Source: an uncultured delta proteobacterium
GTDB lineage: Bacteria; Desulfobacterota; Binatia; UTPRO1
Length of the DNA: 64,000 nt
NCBI GenBank assembly: GCA_963846105.1
Contig: CAWJUT010000003.1
Location: 37,752 to 101,751 of the forward strand
Direction of reading: 5' to 3'
The translations under genes were made by a program, and so were the position numbers. Positions within the stretch are counted from its first letter, which is position 1, and each line of letters begins with the position of its first letter. The notes below the pieces were generated by a model. It did not search any database, was not told the origin of the DNA, and saw only the letters and a list, made by a program, of their open reading frames with translations. This document shows positions 47,248 through 60,200 of this stretch, one piece after another.

Positions 47248-47922
47248 ATGAAAGTCGGACTGCGTTTCGCGGTGACATCTGTTCTGTTGGTCACTTTCGC
47301 TGTCGGATGTACTTGCATGCAGAAGCCGTGGGGGAGAGGCGCGTTGTGGGGTGCGGGAGTAGGTGCCATCGGCGGCGGCATCGCCACCGGAGCCGCGGCC
47401 AACAACACCGGCGCCTTCGACATCGGCAATGACAACGAGGACAAAGCGCTGGCGGCTGCGACCGGTATCGTCGGTGGCGCGCTGCTCGGCGCGATCCTCG
47501 GTCACTGTCTGTGGGATCGTGAAGCGGTCGTCCAAGCAGCCGCTCCGCCGCCCCCGGCCCCCGCTCCTGCACCTCCGGTGCAGAAGAAGATCGTGCTGCG
47601 CGGTGTGAACTTCGATTTCGACAAGGCGACGATCCGTCCGGACGCGTCGTCCATCCTGCGCGAGGCAGCAACCATCCTCAAGGAGAACGCCAGCGTGCAG
47701 GTCTTCGTCGAGGGACATACCGACGCGGTCGGCACCGACGCCTACAACCTCGGGTTGTCGATGCGGCGAGCGTCGGCGGTAAAGGCGTTCCTCGTGACCG
47801 AAGGCATCGCGGACAGCCGGCTCACGACGAAAGGCATGGGTGAGTCGCAGCCAGTTGCCTCGAACGACACGGACGATGGCAGAGCCCAGAATCGTCGTGT
47901 CGAGCTGAAAGTCACGGAGTAG
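47248..47922 (+). CDS. OmpA-family peptidoglycan-binding (lipo)protein
   Basis: Gly-zipper, Pro linker, VNFDFDKA, VEGHTD, YNLGLSMRRA, NRRVE. Confidence 0.93.
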   Translation: MKVGLRFAVTSVLLVTFAVGCTCMQKPWGRGALWGAGVGAIGGGIATGAAANNTGAFDIGNDNEDKALAAATGIVGGALLGAILGHCLWDREAVVQAAAPPPPAPAPAPPVQKKIVLRGVNFDFDKATIRPDASSILREAATILKENASVQVFVEGHTDAVGTDAYNLGLSMRRASAVKAFLVTEGIADSRLTTKGMGESQPVASNDTDDGRAQNRRVELKVTE

Positions 47923-47935
47923 CGGAAGACATCGC

Positions 47936-47971
47936 AGCGAGCGGGCGGGTACGCGATCCCTTCCGCTCGCT
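47936..47971 (+). terminator. Hairpin downstream of the ompA-like gene
   Basis: AGCGAGCGG ... CCGCTCGCT inverted repeat. Confidence 0.45.
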
Positions 47972-48290
47972 GCTCCGTCTCCCGGCTCTAGCGTCCAAGC
48001 GGACCCTTTTGGGGTCGAGGTCGTCGCCCGCGAAGGCTTGCGGCGCGACGCCGGATCCGTCTGGTTTCATCGTGCGGGTCGATCCGACCCACGCGCCGCT
48101 CGAGCGGGCAAGCACGCAATTGGATCGCCGCGCCCGAAGCGCGGCAATTTAGCCGCCGCCATAGGGGTTTTCACTGCGTTTACGAAGGCGCGGCGGTCGA
48201 GCACCTGCGCGAGAGAAGTGCCCCCGTCGCCGTGGTGTCCGTACACTCTCGTGCAAACTCGCATAACCGTGCAGGTCTGACGCAGGGGGG

Positions 48291-48338
48291 TAGGCCAAAC
48301 GGGCCGAATTTATTGGCCTAACCGGCACGCACCTTGCT
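48291..48338 (+). promoter_or_regulatory. sigma54-type promoter with an adjacent inverted repeat
   Basis: CGGCACG-CACC-TTGCT at 48323-48338, preceded by TAGGCCAA-N14-TTGGCCTA at 48291-48320. Confidence 0.6.
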
Positions 48339-48487
48339 GGTCTATCCGGAACCGCACGCAAAGTCTGGAAAGTGCCGTGATCGAACGAGACATCTGCGAC
48401 CATAGTCAGTGGGCAAAAGCCGAAAAGGACACAGTCGTCCCAGACGGTGACCCACAGCGACGCACACGGACCGGTCCGCGACCAACG

Positions 48488-51400
48488 ATGGTAGCACGCT
48501 ACCTGGCGACTGCCATCGTTCTGGTTTCCCTGCTCGTCGTCCCGGCGGCTCCAAGCAGTGCCGGAAGCTACTCGTTCGACGAGGACTTCTCTCTTCCCGC
48601 GGGCATCACGCCGCAGGAGATCAACTCCTCGGACTGCGACGGCGACAACGAACCGGATCTCGTGGTCGCCAATTTCGATTCCGACAATGTGACCATCTTC
48701 CGCAATGTTGGCGCAGGCCAGTTCCATTTCTGGCAGACCATCGCCACCAGCGATCAACCCTCGGGCGTCGACTGTGCGGACATGAACGGTGACGGCCGCA
48801 TCGACGTTCTCGTCTCCAATTTCACCGCCGGGACCCTCACCCTCTACGAGGCCCAGCTCGACGGCACGTTCACCGCCGCAGGGCCGTTCCCCGTGGGGGA
48901 TCAGCCGCGCTCGGTGACGCCTCAGGACTTCGACGGCGACGGCAACCTGGACGTGCTCGTCGTCAACGTCCAGACACGCGACCTCACGCTGCTTTTCGGA
49001 AACGGTATGGGCGGCTTCCCCTTCGCCTCCACCATCAGGCTTCCGACCAACCGCGACCGCCCAGTGTCGGCCGCGGTCGCTGATTTCAATGACGATACCC
49101 GTCCGGACATCGCGATCGTAGGCCAGGGTGATCCTCCGGTGTTCCTCCTCCTCGGCGAAGATCTCGGCTTTCGCTTCACCGAAGGAACCCTCCCCTCACC
49201 TCCCGAGCCGAGGAGCACGGCCTCGGACGACCTGAACGAGGACGGCAAACCTGATCTCGTCGTACTCTCCACGGACTCGACGGTCACGATCTATGTCGGC
49301 GCCAATGACGGGACGTTCGCGGACTTCAGCACGTTCCTCGTGAAGCCCAATGCCCGCGGCATCGCGCTTTCCGACTTCAACGGTGACGGGCTCGTCGACA
49401 TCGCGATCTCGTACGCGATCACGAACGCTGTCGACGTGCTGCTGGCGACGGCCCCCGGGGTCTTTCCTGCGGTCGACGCCCCTGCGTCGCCGATCGTGCT
49501 CAATGCCTCGGGAGCGGTGCTGCCCCGCATCCAGATCACCGGAACGGATCTCGTCGGCCTCGACAAGACGACGAAATCGCTCGCGGTCGTCTCGATGCCG
49601 GATCAAATGGGTACGCTCGCCGTAACGCCTGCCGCCTCCATGACCCAAGAGCCGCAGACGATGCTGCTCGCCGACATGAACCGTGACGGCCTCCCCGACG
49701 CCATCGTCGCTAGTACGGGCCGGCGCTCGACGGTCCTCAGCATCCTCCCCGGCAACGCCAGTGGCGGATACGGCGCACCCCCTGGCGGCTCATGGACGTG
49801 CGGAAACGGCATCATCGAGGGCATAGAGCTGTGCGATGACGCCAACGTCAAGAACGGCGACGGCTGCAACGCAACCTGTGGTCCCGACCTCGCCAAAGGC
49901 GCGCTCACGCTGGTCGCCGCGGACGTGAACCTGGATGGCTCCACCGACCTCGTGGCGGTCGACCGCCGGGCAAGCCTGTACGTGATGCTCGGCAACGGCA
50001 ACGCCGCCTTCAGCTCGATCCGCCTGCTTGGCAAGGTCCGCAAGGGTACCACTGCGGCCGTGGCGGACTTCACGAACGACGACATCGTCGACATCGCCTA
50101 CGTGCCGAAAGGAGGCCGCGACGGCTCGCTCATCGTGCTCGCCAACGACGGCACCGGCGGGCTCACGGCGAATCACCTCGCGCTCGGCACTTTCTTCGGC
50201 GGGCCACTGCTCGCCGGCGACTTCGATCGCAACGGCGCCAACGATCTCGTGACCGTGAAGCGCGGCTCGCGAGGCGGCCTGGTTGCCCTCTACAATGATG
50301 GTCTCGGCAGCTTCCGGCTGACCCCGCCCCGGAGCGTCCCCGGCAAAGGCGCCGCGCTGGCCGCCGCAGATCTCAATGAGGACGGTTGGCTCGACGTGCT
50401 GGCCACGTTCGGGACCCGGAGTCGCGCCCTCTACCTCTTCGCGGGTACGTCTTCAGGCGAGTTCGAGAATCCGCGGCAACTGCTCGCCACCGAGCGCTTC
50501 GTCGATACGGCGATCGTCGACCTGAACCTCGATCTCCATCAAGATCTCGTCGTCTGCGACGGCAAGACATTGGCGACCTGCAAAGCGTGGTTCGGCGACG
50601 GCACGGCCCAGTTCTATGCCCTGCCGCCCTTCCTGGCAGCGCCGGACGCCGCAGGCGCGTACATCGGCCGCGATCCGCGTGGATTCGTCGCCGCCGACAT
50701 GGACGACGACGGCGTCATCGATTTCATCGGCGCAAGCCGCGGCGATGACCGCGTGGTGGTCCTCTTCCGTCAGGATGGTTCGACGGACGTCACTCGGCTT
50801 GAGTTGATCCCCGGCTCCAAGCCTGGCCCGCTCGCGGTCGGGGACCTGAACGGCGACGGCATGCCGGACATCGTCGTCGCCAACGAAGGCTCCAACGATC
50901 TCAGCATCTTCCTCAACCTCGGGAACCGGCAGTTCCAAACGCTGGCTCGAATTCGCCTGGCCGAGGCCGGCGGTGCGCCGACCCTGACCCCGACGCCGAC
51001 AGCGACGAGCACGCCGGATCCCGATGCGACACCGACCGGGGGTCCGACCCCGAGTCCGACCGCAACCGGTGACCCGCACCAGCACGCGCAGCCTGTGGCG
51101 ATCGCCCTCGGCGACCTGAACGGCGACAACAAGTTGGACGTTGCCGTTGCGCTCAAGGGACTGGCGCGTGTCACCGTGCTCTTGAATTTCGGTCCCGGCG
51201 GCCTCGCCATCGCCAACAATTTCACGACCGGGGTCCGGCCCCAGGATCTGGTTCTTGGTGACTTCAACAACGACACTGTGCTAGACATCGTCACCGCGAA
51301 TCTGGGTGCCGATACCCTGACGGTCATTCTCTCCGACGGCGTCGGAGGATACACGCAAACGGACATACCGAGTGGTGGCGAGCAGCCGACGGCGCTCGCC

Positions 51401-51790
51401 GTCGCGGACGTCGACGACGACTTGAACCTGGACCTCCTGGTGACACACGAGCTGCCCAACACCCTGGTAACCCACTTCAACGACGGACTTGGAAACTTCA
51501 CGCCCTCCTCGACGGATCTGCGGGGTCGGCAGCGTCCGTGGGACGTGTGCGCGGGCGACTTCAACCTCGACGGCTTCGTGGACGTCGCCGTCTCGAGCGT
51601 CGATACCAAAGACATCCTGGCCTTGCATGGACAAGGTGACGGAACGTGGACTGGTGACGAGCGTCTGTTCTCGACCGGTCAGACCTCGCTGCCCCTTTTC
51701 TGCACCGACATCGACGGAGACGGCAGAACCGACATCCTTTTCGCGCGCCGTGCGAGCGGAGACATCGAATGCATCGTTACAGCCAACTAG
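48488..51790 (+). CDS. Secreted FG-GAP/VCBS-repeat protein with an internal Myxococcus-type Cys repeat and a Thr/Pro insert
   Basis: More than 15 D-x-N/D-G-D-G-x-x-D-L/I repeats; CGNGIIEGIELCDDAN; signal peptide. Confidence 0.9.
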   Translation: MVARYLATAIVLVSLLVVPAAPSSAGSYSFDEDFSLPAGITPQEINSSDCDGDNEPDLVVANFDSDNVTIFRNVGAGQFHFWQTIATSDQPSGVDCADMNGDGRIDVLVSNFTAGTLTLYEAQLDGTFTAAGPFPVGDQPRSVTPQDFDGDGNLDVLVVNVQTRDLTLLFGNGMGGFPFASTIRLPTNRDRPVSAAVADFNDDTRPDIAIVGQGDPPVFLLLGEDLGFRFTEGTLPSPPEPRSTASDDLNEDGKPDLVVLSTDSTVTIYVGANDGTFADFSTFLVKPNARGIALSDFNGDGLVDIAISYAITNAVDVLLATAPGVFPAVDAPASPIVLNASGAVLPRIQITGTDLVGLDKTTKSLAVVSMPDQMGTLAVTPAASMTQEPQTMLLADMNRDGLPDAIVASTGRRSTVLSILPGNASGGYGAPPGGSWTCGNGIIEGIELCDDANVKNGDGCNATCGPDLAKGALTLVAADVNLDGSTDLVAVDRRASLYVMLGNGNAAFSSIRLLGKVRKGTTAAVADFTNDDIVDIAYVPKGGRDGSLIVLANDGTGGLTANHLALGTFFGGPLLAGDFDRNGANDLVTVKRGSRGGLVALYNDGLGSFRLTPPRSVPGKGAALAAADLNEDGWLDVLATFGTRSRALYLFAGTSSGEFENPRQLLATERFVDTAIVDLNLDLHQDLVVCDGKTLATCKAWFGDGTAQFYALPPFLAAPDAAGAYIGRDPRGFVAADMDDDGVIDFIGASRGDDRVVVLFRQDGSTDVTRLELIPGSKPGPLAVGDLNGDGMPDIVVANEGSNDLSIFLNLGNRQFQTLARIRLAEAGGAPTLTPTPTATSTPDPDATPTGGPTPSPTATGDPHQHAQPVAIALGDLNGDNKLDVAVALKGLARVTVLLNFGPGGLAIANNFTTGVRPQDLVLGDFNNDTVLDIVTANLGADTLTVILSDGVGGYTQTDIPSGGEQPTALAVADVDDDLNLDLLVTHELPNTLVTHFNDGLGNFTPSSTDLRGRQRPWDVCAGDFNLDGFVDVAVSSVDTKDILALHGQGDGTWTGDERLFSTGQTSLPLFCTDIDGDGRTDILFARRASGDIECIVTAN

Positions 51791-51842
51791 TCACCAGGCA
51801 GCGCATGTGTAGCGTCGTTGCGCGATCACGGAGGGTCGTCCC

Positions 51843-54117
51843 ATGAGAAAAGCAGCCCTTTGGACATCAGTCATCCTCGGGGTGGTCGCGATCGCGAACT
51901 TTGCCCTCGCCTTGCACCGGCAGACACCCGGCTTCCTGCAGGTCACCAATGCGCCGTCGTCGGTCGTCGGCGGCCTGCGCACGGCGGGCCAATCGACCGT
52001 GTGGCTCTTCCACTCCGATGGCGACCACCTCGGCAATGGCAATACGACGCCGAACATCTTCCTCTTCGACCAGACGAGCCGCGTGAAGAAGGGACTGCTC
52101 GGGATCTTCCAGCTCACCTTCAGCGATCAGCCAACCCTCCAGCCGACGGCCGTCAAGCGCGGCCGCACGCTCTCGTTTCATTCCACCGATGACCTGCTCG
52201 GGAACGGCAGCACGGGCCGTCAGGTCTTCGTCGGCCTACGAGTGCGTTGGAAGGTCGGCGTGATCCCGGTCGTCCAGATCACCAAGGACGTCGGTGAGAG
52301 CTTCGGCGCGGCACTGAACGGCAACGGCAAGTACGTCTTCTTCATGTCCACGGGAGACATGACGAACGAGCTCATCCCGGCCGGTACGCACATCTATCGT
52401 TCCGAGATCCGCCGTCTCCGGAAGAGCGGTTGTGACGCCTATCCGTGCATCTTCAACCCGGGTCTCATCCTGGTGACGCCGGTGGAGGCGTTCAACCCGG
52501 TGCCGGACCTGAGCGGGCAGCAGGTCGTGTTCGAGTCCACCCAGGATGCGGCCGGCAACGGTTGCGCCAACGGGGCCCGCCAGCTGTTCGTGAAGAACAT
52601 CATCACCGGCATCACCGAGCAGCTCACCTTCGGATTGGCCGACAGCCGCAATGCGGTGATCAACCGGAACGCCACCCGCATCGTCTTCGAATCCGACGCC
52701 GACCTGCTCGGCACCGGTAGCACCCGTACCCAGATCTACATGATCGACCGCAGCCGGATCCCGTTCGTGACCACGCAGCTGACCTTTGGAACCGACGGCG
52801 ACAGCACCCTCCCGGCGCTGTCGAACGACACCGCCGGACGCATTGTTTTCCTCTCCAACGCCAACCTCACCGGCTTGGGCTCTGCCGGCACGAACCAGCT
52901 CTTCCTCCTCGAGTACCTCTTTCCGCGCCTGACGCAGCTCACCTCGGGCACCGACAACCTGACAGAGCGGCCGGCGGCGGTGTTCACGCATCAGATGTTC
53001 CCGACGACTTCGGATCTGGTCGGCAACGGCAATACCGGCCTCAACCTGTTCATCATCAACACCTTCCCCCTTCTCGATCCGCCGCTTGGCACCCCCAGGC
53101 CGAGTCCGACCGCGACACCGAAGGTGGGCGAGCCGGATACGCTCGAGCTGGCGCTGCTCACCCAGGAGGGATCCGACAACGGCAACAACACCGTCACCAC
53201 GGTGGTGGCGGCGACGCTGGCCGATCCGTACGGCAACCCGGTGCCGGATGGCAGTCTTCGTGGACTTCGACATCGTGCCGCCGCCTGACGGCGTGGTCAT
53301 CAGCGATGGTCAGACGAACATGGATCCGCAGTGCGACGTCAGCAACTACGAGCTCGACACCGGGGTGCAGGTCCTGAATCAGCCCGGTGTGGCCCATGCG
53401 TGTCTCACCTATCCGGGCGCGGAGGTCGGAACACAGCGCACGATCCAGGCGACGGTCGCCGCGGTCACCGTCAGAAGGTGCGTCGGCGGCCTGAACGACG
53501 GACTGGTGTGTACGGCCAACTCGGCGTGTCCGGGCGGATTGTGCGTGCTCACGCCGCTCATGGAAACCGGCATCTTCAACCTGCCGCCGCCGGTCAATAC
53601 GTGTGAGTTCAACGGCGATCCGTGCAGCGACAGCAACCCCTGCACGATCGGCGACGAGTGCGCGGGCGGCACCAACGATCGGGCGTGCGTCGGCGGCATC
53701 AACGCCGGGGCGGCCTGTAGCGCCGCATCGGAGTGCTTCGGCGGAATGTGCGTGCTGACGAATCCGCCGACCTGCACCCCGGGCACCCCCATCGTCTGTA
53801 GCCCGGACACGGATCCGTGCACGGAGGACGTGTGCAACTTCTTCACGGGCTTCTGCGGCGTGCCGGTCGTCTGCAACAGCGACGGCAACATCTGCACCAA
53901 TGACGTCTGCGACCCGGGGACCGGGTTGTGCGGCGTGCCGAACACCGATCCGTGCGATGACGGTGATCTCTGCACGGACGGCGACATCTGCGCCGCCGGC
54001 AGCTGCACGTCCGGCGCTCTGGTCACATGCAGCAACGACGGCAATCCGTGTACGAACGACGTGTGCAATCCGGACACCGGCCTCTGCGGCATCCCGGTGC
54101 CGTGCGTGTGTCCGTGA
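51843..54117 (+). CDS. Secreted TolB/PD40-like beta-propeller protein with Cys-rich C-terminus (frameshift near 53255)
   Basis: Repeats F-x-S-x-x-D-L-x-G..QLT; Pro/Thr linker; C-term CVGG..C and DGNPCTNDVC repeats. Confidence 0.8.
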
Positions 54118-54290
54118 CGGACTAGAACGACCTGCAACTCGAACGATCCCAAGGAGGGGATCACTCGTGCCATCCCGGACGGTGCTCCCCTCCAATAGAT
54201 AGATTTAGATTTCGATCTCTAGCGATGGCGAGCGCCCCACCCCCTTGGGGCCGGTGCCCGCCCTACGTCTGACACCGGAGGGTACTCGAC

Positions 54291-57200
54291 ATGCGCATTC
54301 ATTCATCGATCCTAGGGCTTCTGGTTCTGGCGGCGCTCGCCGTGGTGGCTCCGGGCGGCACCGCCTTCGCGCAAGTGTGTGGCAACGGCGTGGTCGAGGC
54401 CGGAGAGCTGTGTGACGACGGCAACGTCGTTTCCGGTGACTGCTGCGACGCGGCGTGTCAGGTAAGCGCGCCCGACGGCACCGGGTGCACGGACGGCGAC
54501 GCCTGCACGCAGACCGATACCTGCCAGGCGGGCACCTGCACCGGGGCCAACCCGGTGGTGTGCACGCCGCTCGACCAGTGCCACGTCGCGGGCGTCTGCA
54601 ATCCCGCCGACGGCATCTGCTCGAATCCGTCCCAGCCCGACGGCACCGGGTGCACGGACGGCGACGCCTGTACGCAGACCGATACCTGCCAGGCGGGCAC
54701 GTGCACCGGGGCCAACCCGGTCGTCTGCACGCCGCTCGACCAGTGCCACGTCGCGGGCGTCTGCAATCCCGCCGACGGCATCTGCTCGAATCCGTCCCAG
54801 CCCGACGGCACCGGGTGCACGGACGGCGACGCCTGCACGCAGACCGATACCTGCCAGGCGGGCACCTGCACCGGGGCCAACCCGGTCGTCTGCACGCCGC
54901 TCGACCAGTGCCACGTCGCCGGCGTCTGCAATCCCGCCGACGGCATCTGCTCGAATCCGTCCCAGCCCGACGGCACCGGCTGCACGGACGGCGACGCCTG
55001 CACGCAGACCGATACCTGCCAGGCGGGCACCTGCACCGGGGCGAACCCGGTCGTGTGCACGCCGCTCGACCAGTGCCACGTCGCGGGCGTCTGCAATCCC
55101 GCCGACGGCATCTGCTCGAATCCGTCCCAGCCCGACGGCACCGGGTGCACGGACGGCGACGCCTGCACGCAGACCGATACCTGCCAGGCGGGCACCTGCA
55201 CCGGGGCGAACCCGGTCGTGTGCACGCCGCTCGACCAGTGCCACGTCGCGGGCGTCTGCAATCCCGCCGACGGCATCTGCTCGAATCCGTCCCAGCCCGA
55301 CGGCACCGGGTGCACGGACGGCGACGCCTGCACGCAGACCGATACCTGCCAGGCGGGCACCTGCACCGGGGCCAACCCGGTCGTCTGCACGCCGCTCGAC
55401 CAGTGCCACGTCGCCGGCGTCTGCAATCCCGCCGACGGCGTCTGCTCGAACCCGTCCCAGCCCGACGGCACCGGGTGCACGGACGGCGACGCCTGTACGC
55501 AGACCGATACCTGCCAGGCGGGCACCTGCACCGGGGCGAACCCGGTGGTGTGCACGCCGCTCGACCAGTGCCACGTCGCGGGCGTCTGCAATCCCGCCGA
55601 CGGCGTCTGCTCGAATCCGTCGCAGCCCGACGGCACCGGGTGCACGGACGGCGACGCCTGCACGCAGACCGATACCTGCCAGGCGGGCACCTGCACCGGG
55701 GCCAACCCGGTCGTCTGCACGCCGCTCGACCAGTGCCACGTCGCGGGCGTCTGCAATCCCGCCGACGGCATCTGCTCGAATCCGTCCCAGCCCGACGGCA
55801 CCGGGTGCACGGACGGCGACGCCTGCACGCAGACCGATACCTGCCAGGCGGGCACCTGCACGGGGGCGAACCCGGTCGTGTGCACGCCGCTCGACCAGTG
55901 CCACGTCGCGGGCGTCTGCAATCCCGCCGACGGCGTCTGCTCGAATCCGTCCCAGCCCAACGGCACCGGGTGCACGGACGGCGACGCCTGCACGCAGACC
56001 GATACCTGCCAGGCGGGCACGTGCACCGGGGCGAACCCGGTGGTGTGCACGCCGCTCGACCAGTGCCACGTCGCGGGCGTCTGCAATCCCGCCGACGGCG
56101 TCTGCTCGAATCCGTCCCAGCCCGACGGCACCGGGTGCACGGACGGCAACGCCTGTACGCAGACCGATACCTGCCAGGCGGGCACCTGCACCGGGGCCAA
56201 CCCGGTGGTCTGCACGCCGCTCGACCAGTGCCACGTCGCGGGCGTCTGCGATCCCGCCGACGGCGTCTGCTCGAATCCGTCGCAGCCCGACGGCACCGGG
56301 TGCACGACGGCGACGCCTGCACGCAGACCGACACCTGCCAGGCGGGCACCTGCACCGGGGCGAACCCGGTGGTCTGCACGCCGCTCGACCAGTGCCACGT
56401 CGCCGGCGTCTGCAATCCCGCCGACGGCGTCTGCTCGAATCCGTCCCAGCCCAACGGCACCGCGTGCACGGACGGCAACGCCTGCACGCAGACCGATACC
56501 TGCCAGGCGGGCACCTGCACGGGGGCGAACCCGGTGGTGTGCACGCCGCTCGACCAGTGCCACGTCGCGGGCGTCTGCAATCCCGCCGACGGCGTCTGCT
56601 CGAATCCGTCCCAGCCCAACGGCACCGCGTGCACGGACGGCAACGCCTGCACGCAGACCGACACCTGCCAGGCGGGCACCTGCACCGGCGCGAACCCGGT
56701 CGTGTGCACGCCGCTCGACCAGTGCCACGTCGCGGGCGTCTGCAATCCCGCCGACGGCGTCTGCTCGAATCCGTCCCAGCCCAACGGCACCGGGTGCACC
56801 GACGGCAACGCCTGCACGCAGACCGACACCTGCCAGGCGGGCACCTGCACCGGGGCGAACCCGGTGATGTGCACGCCGCTCGACCAGTGCCACGTCGCGG
56901 GCGTCTGCAATCCCGCCGACGGCGTCTGCTCGAACCCGTCCCAGCCCGACGGCACCGCGTGCAACGACGGCAACGCCTGCACGCAGACCGACACCTGCCA
57001 GGCGGGCACGTGCACGGGCGCGAACCCGGTGGTCTGCACGCCGCTCGACCAGTGCCACGTCGCGGGCGTCTGCAATCCCGCCGACGGCATCTGCTCGAAT
57101 CCGGCGCAGCCCGACGGCACCGCGTGCAACGACGGCAACGCCTGCACGCAGACCGATACCTGCCAGGCGGGCACGTGCACCGGCGCGAACCCGGTGGTGT

Positions 57201-60200
57201 GCACGCCGCTCGACCAGTGCCACGTCGCGGGCGTCTGCAATCCCGCCGACGGCGTCTGCTCGAACCGTCCAAGCCCGACGGCACCGCGTGCACCGACGGC
57301 AACGCCTGCACGCAGACCGATACCTGCCAGGCGGGCACCTGCACCGGCGCCAACCCGGTGGTGTGCACGCCGCTCGACCAGTGCCACGTCGCGGGCATCT
57401 GCAATCCCGCCGACGGCGTCTGCTCGAACCCGTCCCAGCCCGACGGCACCGGCTGCACCGACGGCAACGCCTGCACGCAGACCGACACCTGCCAGGCGGG
57501 CACCTGCACGGCGCCAACCCGGTGGTGTGCACGCCGCTCGACCAGTGCCACGTCGCGGGCGTCTGCGATCCCGCCGACGGCATCTGCTCGAACCCGTCCC
57601 AGCCCAACGGCACCGCGTGCACGACGGCAGCGCCTGCACCCAGACCGACACCTGCCAGGCGGGCACCTGCACCGGGGCGAACCCGGTGGTCGTGCACGCC
57701 GCTCGACCAGTGCCACGTCGCGGGCGTCTGCAATCCCGCCGACGGCATCTGCTCGAATCCGTCCCAGCCCAACGGCACCGGCGTGCACCGACGGCAGCGC
57801 CTGCACGCAGACCGATACCTGCCAGGCGGGCACCTGCACCGGGGCGAACCCGGTGGTGTGCACGCCGCTCGACCAGTGCCACGTCGCGGGCGTCTGCAAT
57901 CCCGCCGACGGCATCTGCTCGAATCCGTCCCAGCCCAACGGCACCGCCTGCAACGACGGCAACGCCTGCACGCAGACCGACACCTGCCAGGCGGGCACCT
58001 GCACCGGGGCGAACCCGGTGGTGTGCACGCCGCTCGACCAGTGCCACGTCGCGGGCGTCTGCAATCCCGCCGACGGCATCTGCTCGAATCCGTCCCAGCC
58101 CAACGGCACCGCGTGCACGGACGGCAACGCCTGCACGCAGACCGATACCTGCCAGGCGGGCACCTGCACCGGGGCGAACCCGGTGGTGTGCACGCCGCTC
58201 GACCAGTGCCACGTCGCGGGCGTCTGCAATCCCGCCGACGGCATCTGCTCGAATCCGTCCCAGCCCAACGGCACCGCCTGCACGGACGGCAACGCCTGCA
58301 CGCAGACCGATACCTGCCAGGCGGGCACCTGCACGGGGTTCAACCCGGTCATCTGCGCGCTGCTCGACCAGTGTCACCTCGTCGGGGTGTGCGATACGGG
58401 GACCGGCATCTGCTCGGATCCCGTCGTGCCGGACGGCACCCCCTGCGTCGACGGCGACGCTTGCACGCTCAGCGACGACTGCGTGGCGGGCGTCTGTGGC
58501 GGCAACGCGGTCACGTGTGGCGACGGGATCCCGCAACCGACCTGCGGTGAGCCATGCGACGACGGCAACACCACGAACGGTGACGCCTGCGACAACAACT
58601 GCACTCTGACCGGATGTGGCAACGGCGTGGTCACGGGGCCCGAGGACTGCGACGACAGCAATGCGCTGAACGGCGACGGTTGCTCGGACACCTGCCAGCG
58701 GGAGTTCTTTGCCCCGGTTCCGGCGGCGGGAGATCATTTCGGCTTCGCCGTCGGCGCCTTCGGCACCAACCTCGTCGTCGGCGCTCCCCTCCACGACCAG
58801 CCGAGCGCGATCAATACCGGTATGGTTCAGCTCTTCAGCGGAAGCACCGGGGCGCTCCTGCGGACGTTCTCGAATCCGACCGCCAATCCCGGCGACGAGT
58901 TCGGAAGCACCGTGGTCGCCCTCGGTACGAACCTGGTGGTCGCCGCGCCTCTCGATGATACGGCGGGGCTCGATGCCGGTGCGATCTACGTGCTGAACGG
59001 CACCACGGGCGCGCTGATCCGGACCATCGTCAATCCCAGCCCGGGACTCAACGATCACTTCGGAGGCGCGATCGCCATCATGGGGACGAACATCCTGGTC
59101 GGCGCCCCCCAGGACCTCGATGGCAACGGCGGCGGTGGCGCCGCGTACCTCTTTCACGGGGGCACGGGAGCGCTCCTGCAGGTCTTCCTGAACCCGACGC
59201 CTGCCGCAGGCGACGAGTTCGGCTATACGATTGCGGCCGTCGGGTCCGAGGTCGCGGTAGGCTCCCCGCGTCATGATCGGCCAGCAGCCGGATTCGACCC
59301 CGAGGCGCCGGATAGCGGGGAGGTGTACATCTTCGACGTGCTGACCGGAACGCCGATCCGTACCCTGGAGAACCCGGCGCCGGATCCCGGCGATCTCTTT
59401 GGCCGCGCGATGGTACCCTTCGGCACGGACGTTTTGATCGGCGCTCCCGTGAGCAGCGCTATCGGGGCAAGCAGTGGGGCGGCCTATCTCTTCGATGGCG
59501 GGACCGGAGCGCTGATGCAGACCTTCGCGAGCCCTGCGCCTAGCGTGAGCGACGAGTTCGGCTATGCCGTCGCTGCCGCGTCGCCTGACAAAGTCGTCAT
59601 AACGGCCCGCCGTGACGATACGGGCGTGTTCAACGCCGGAATAGGCTATCTCTTCCACGCCCCGACGGGCAGCTTGCTCCAGAGCTTCCAGAAGTCGGTC
59701 CCGACGACCGAGGACCATTTCGGAGCCGCGGTCGCCACCACCGGACCCCGCATCCTCATCGGCGCGCCGCTCGACGACAATGCAGAGCTGGATGCCGGGG
59801 CCGTCTACTCGTTCGCTGATCTCTCCTGCGGCAACGGCGGTGTGGATCCGGGCGAGACGTGTGACGACGGCAACTTCTTGAGCGGCGACGGCTGCGATAC
59901 GAACTGCTCCGCGACCGCGTGCGGCAACGGCGTGCTGACCCCTGGCGAAGCCTGCGACGACGGCAACCTCCTGCCCGGCGACGGTTGTAGCGCCCAGTGC
60001 GGGCTCGAGGGTCTGTGCGGTGACGGCATCCAGGCGCCGTTCGAGCTCTGCGACGACGGCAATGCCATGAGCGGTGACGGGTGTGATGCGAACTGCACGC
60101 CCACCGGCTGCGGCAACAGCATCGTGACGCAAGGCGAGACCTGTGATCGCGGCCTCCTCAACGGCACCGATCTCTGCTGCTCGATTTCCTGTCAGGCGGT

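Noticed and set aside
48216-48226. 11-bp match AAGTGCCCCCG to the att repeat
   Set aside because: Short, on the 5' side of the tRNA, and expected by chance in 64 kb.
48340-48480. c-di-GMP riboswitch in the leader of the FG-GAP gene
   Set aside because: Only a partial GGGCAAA..GAAA resemblance; the stems could not be formed. An Rfam/Infernal scan would decide.
54471-58500. Repeat array as a CRISPR array
   Set aside because: No unique spacers, period is a multiple of 3 and protein-coding, no cas genes.
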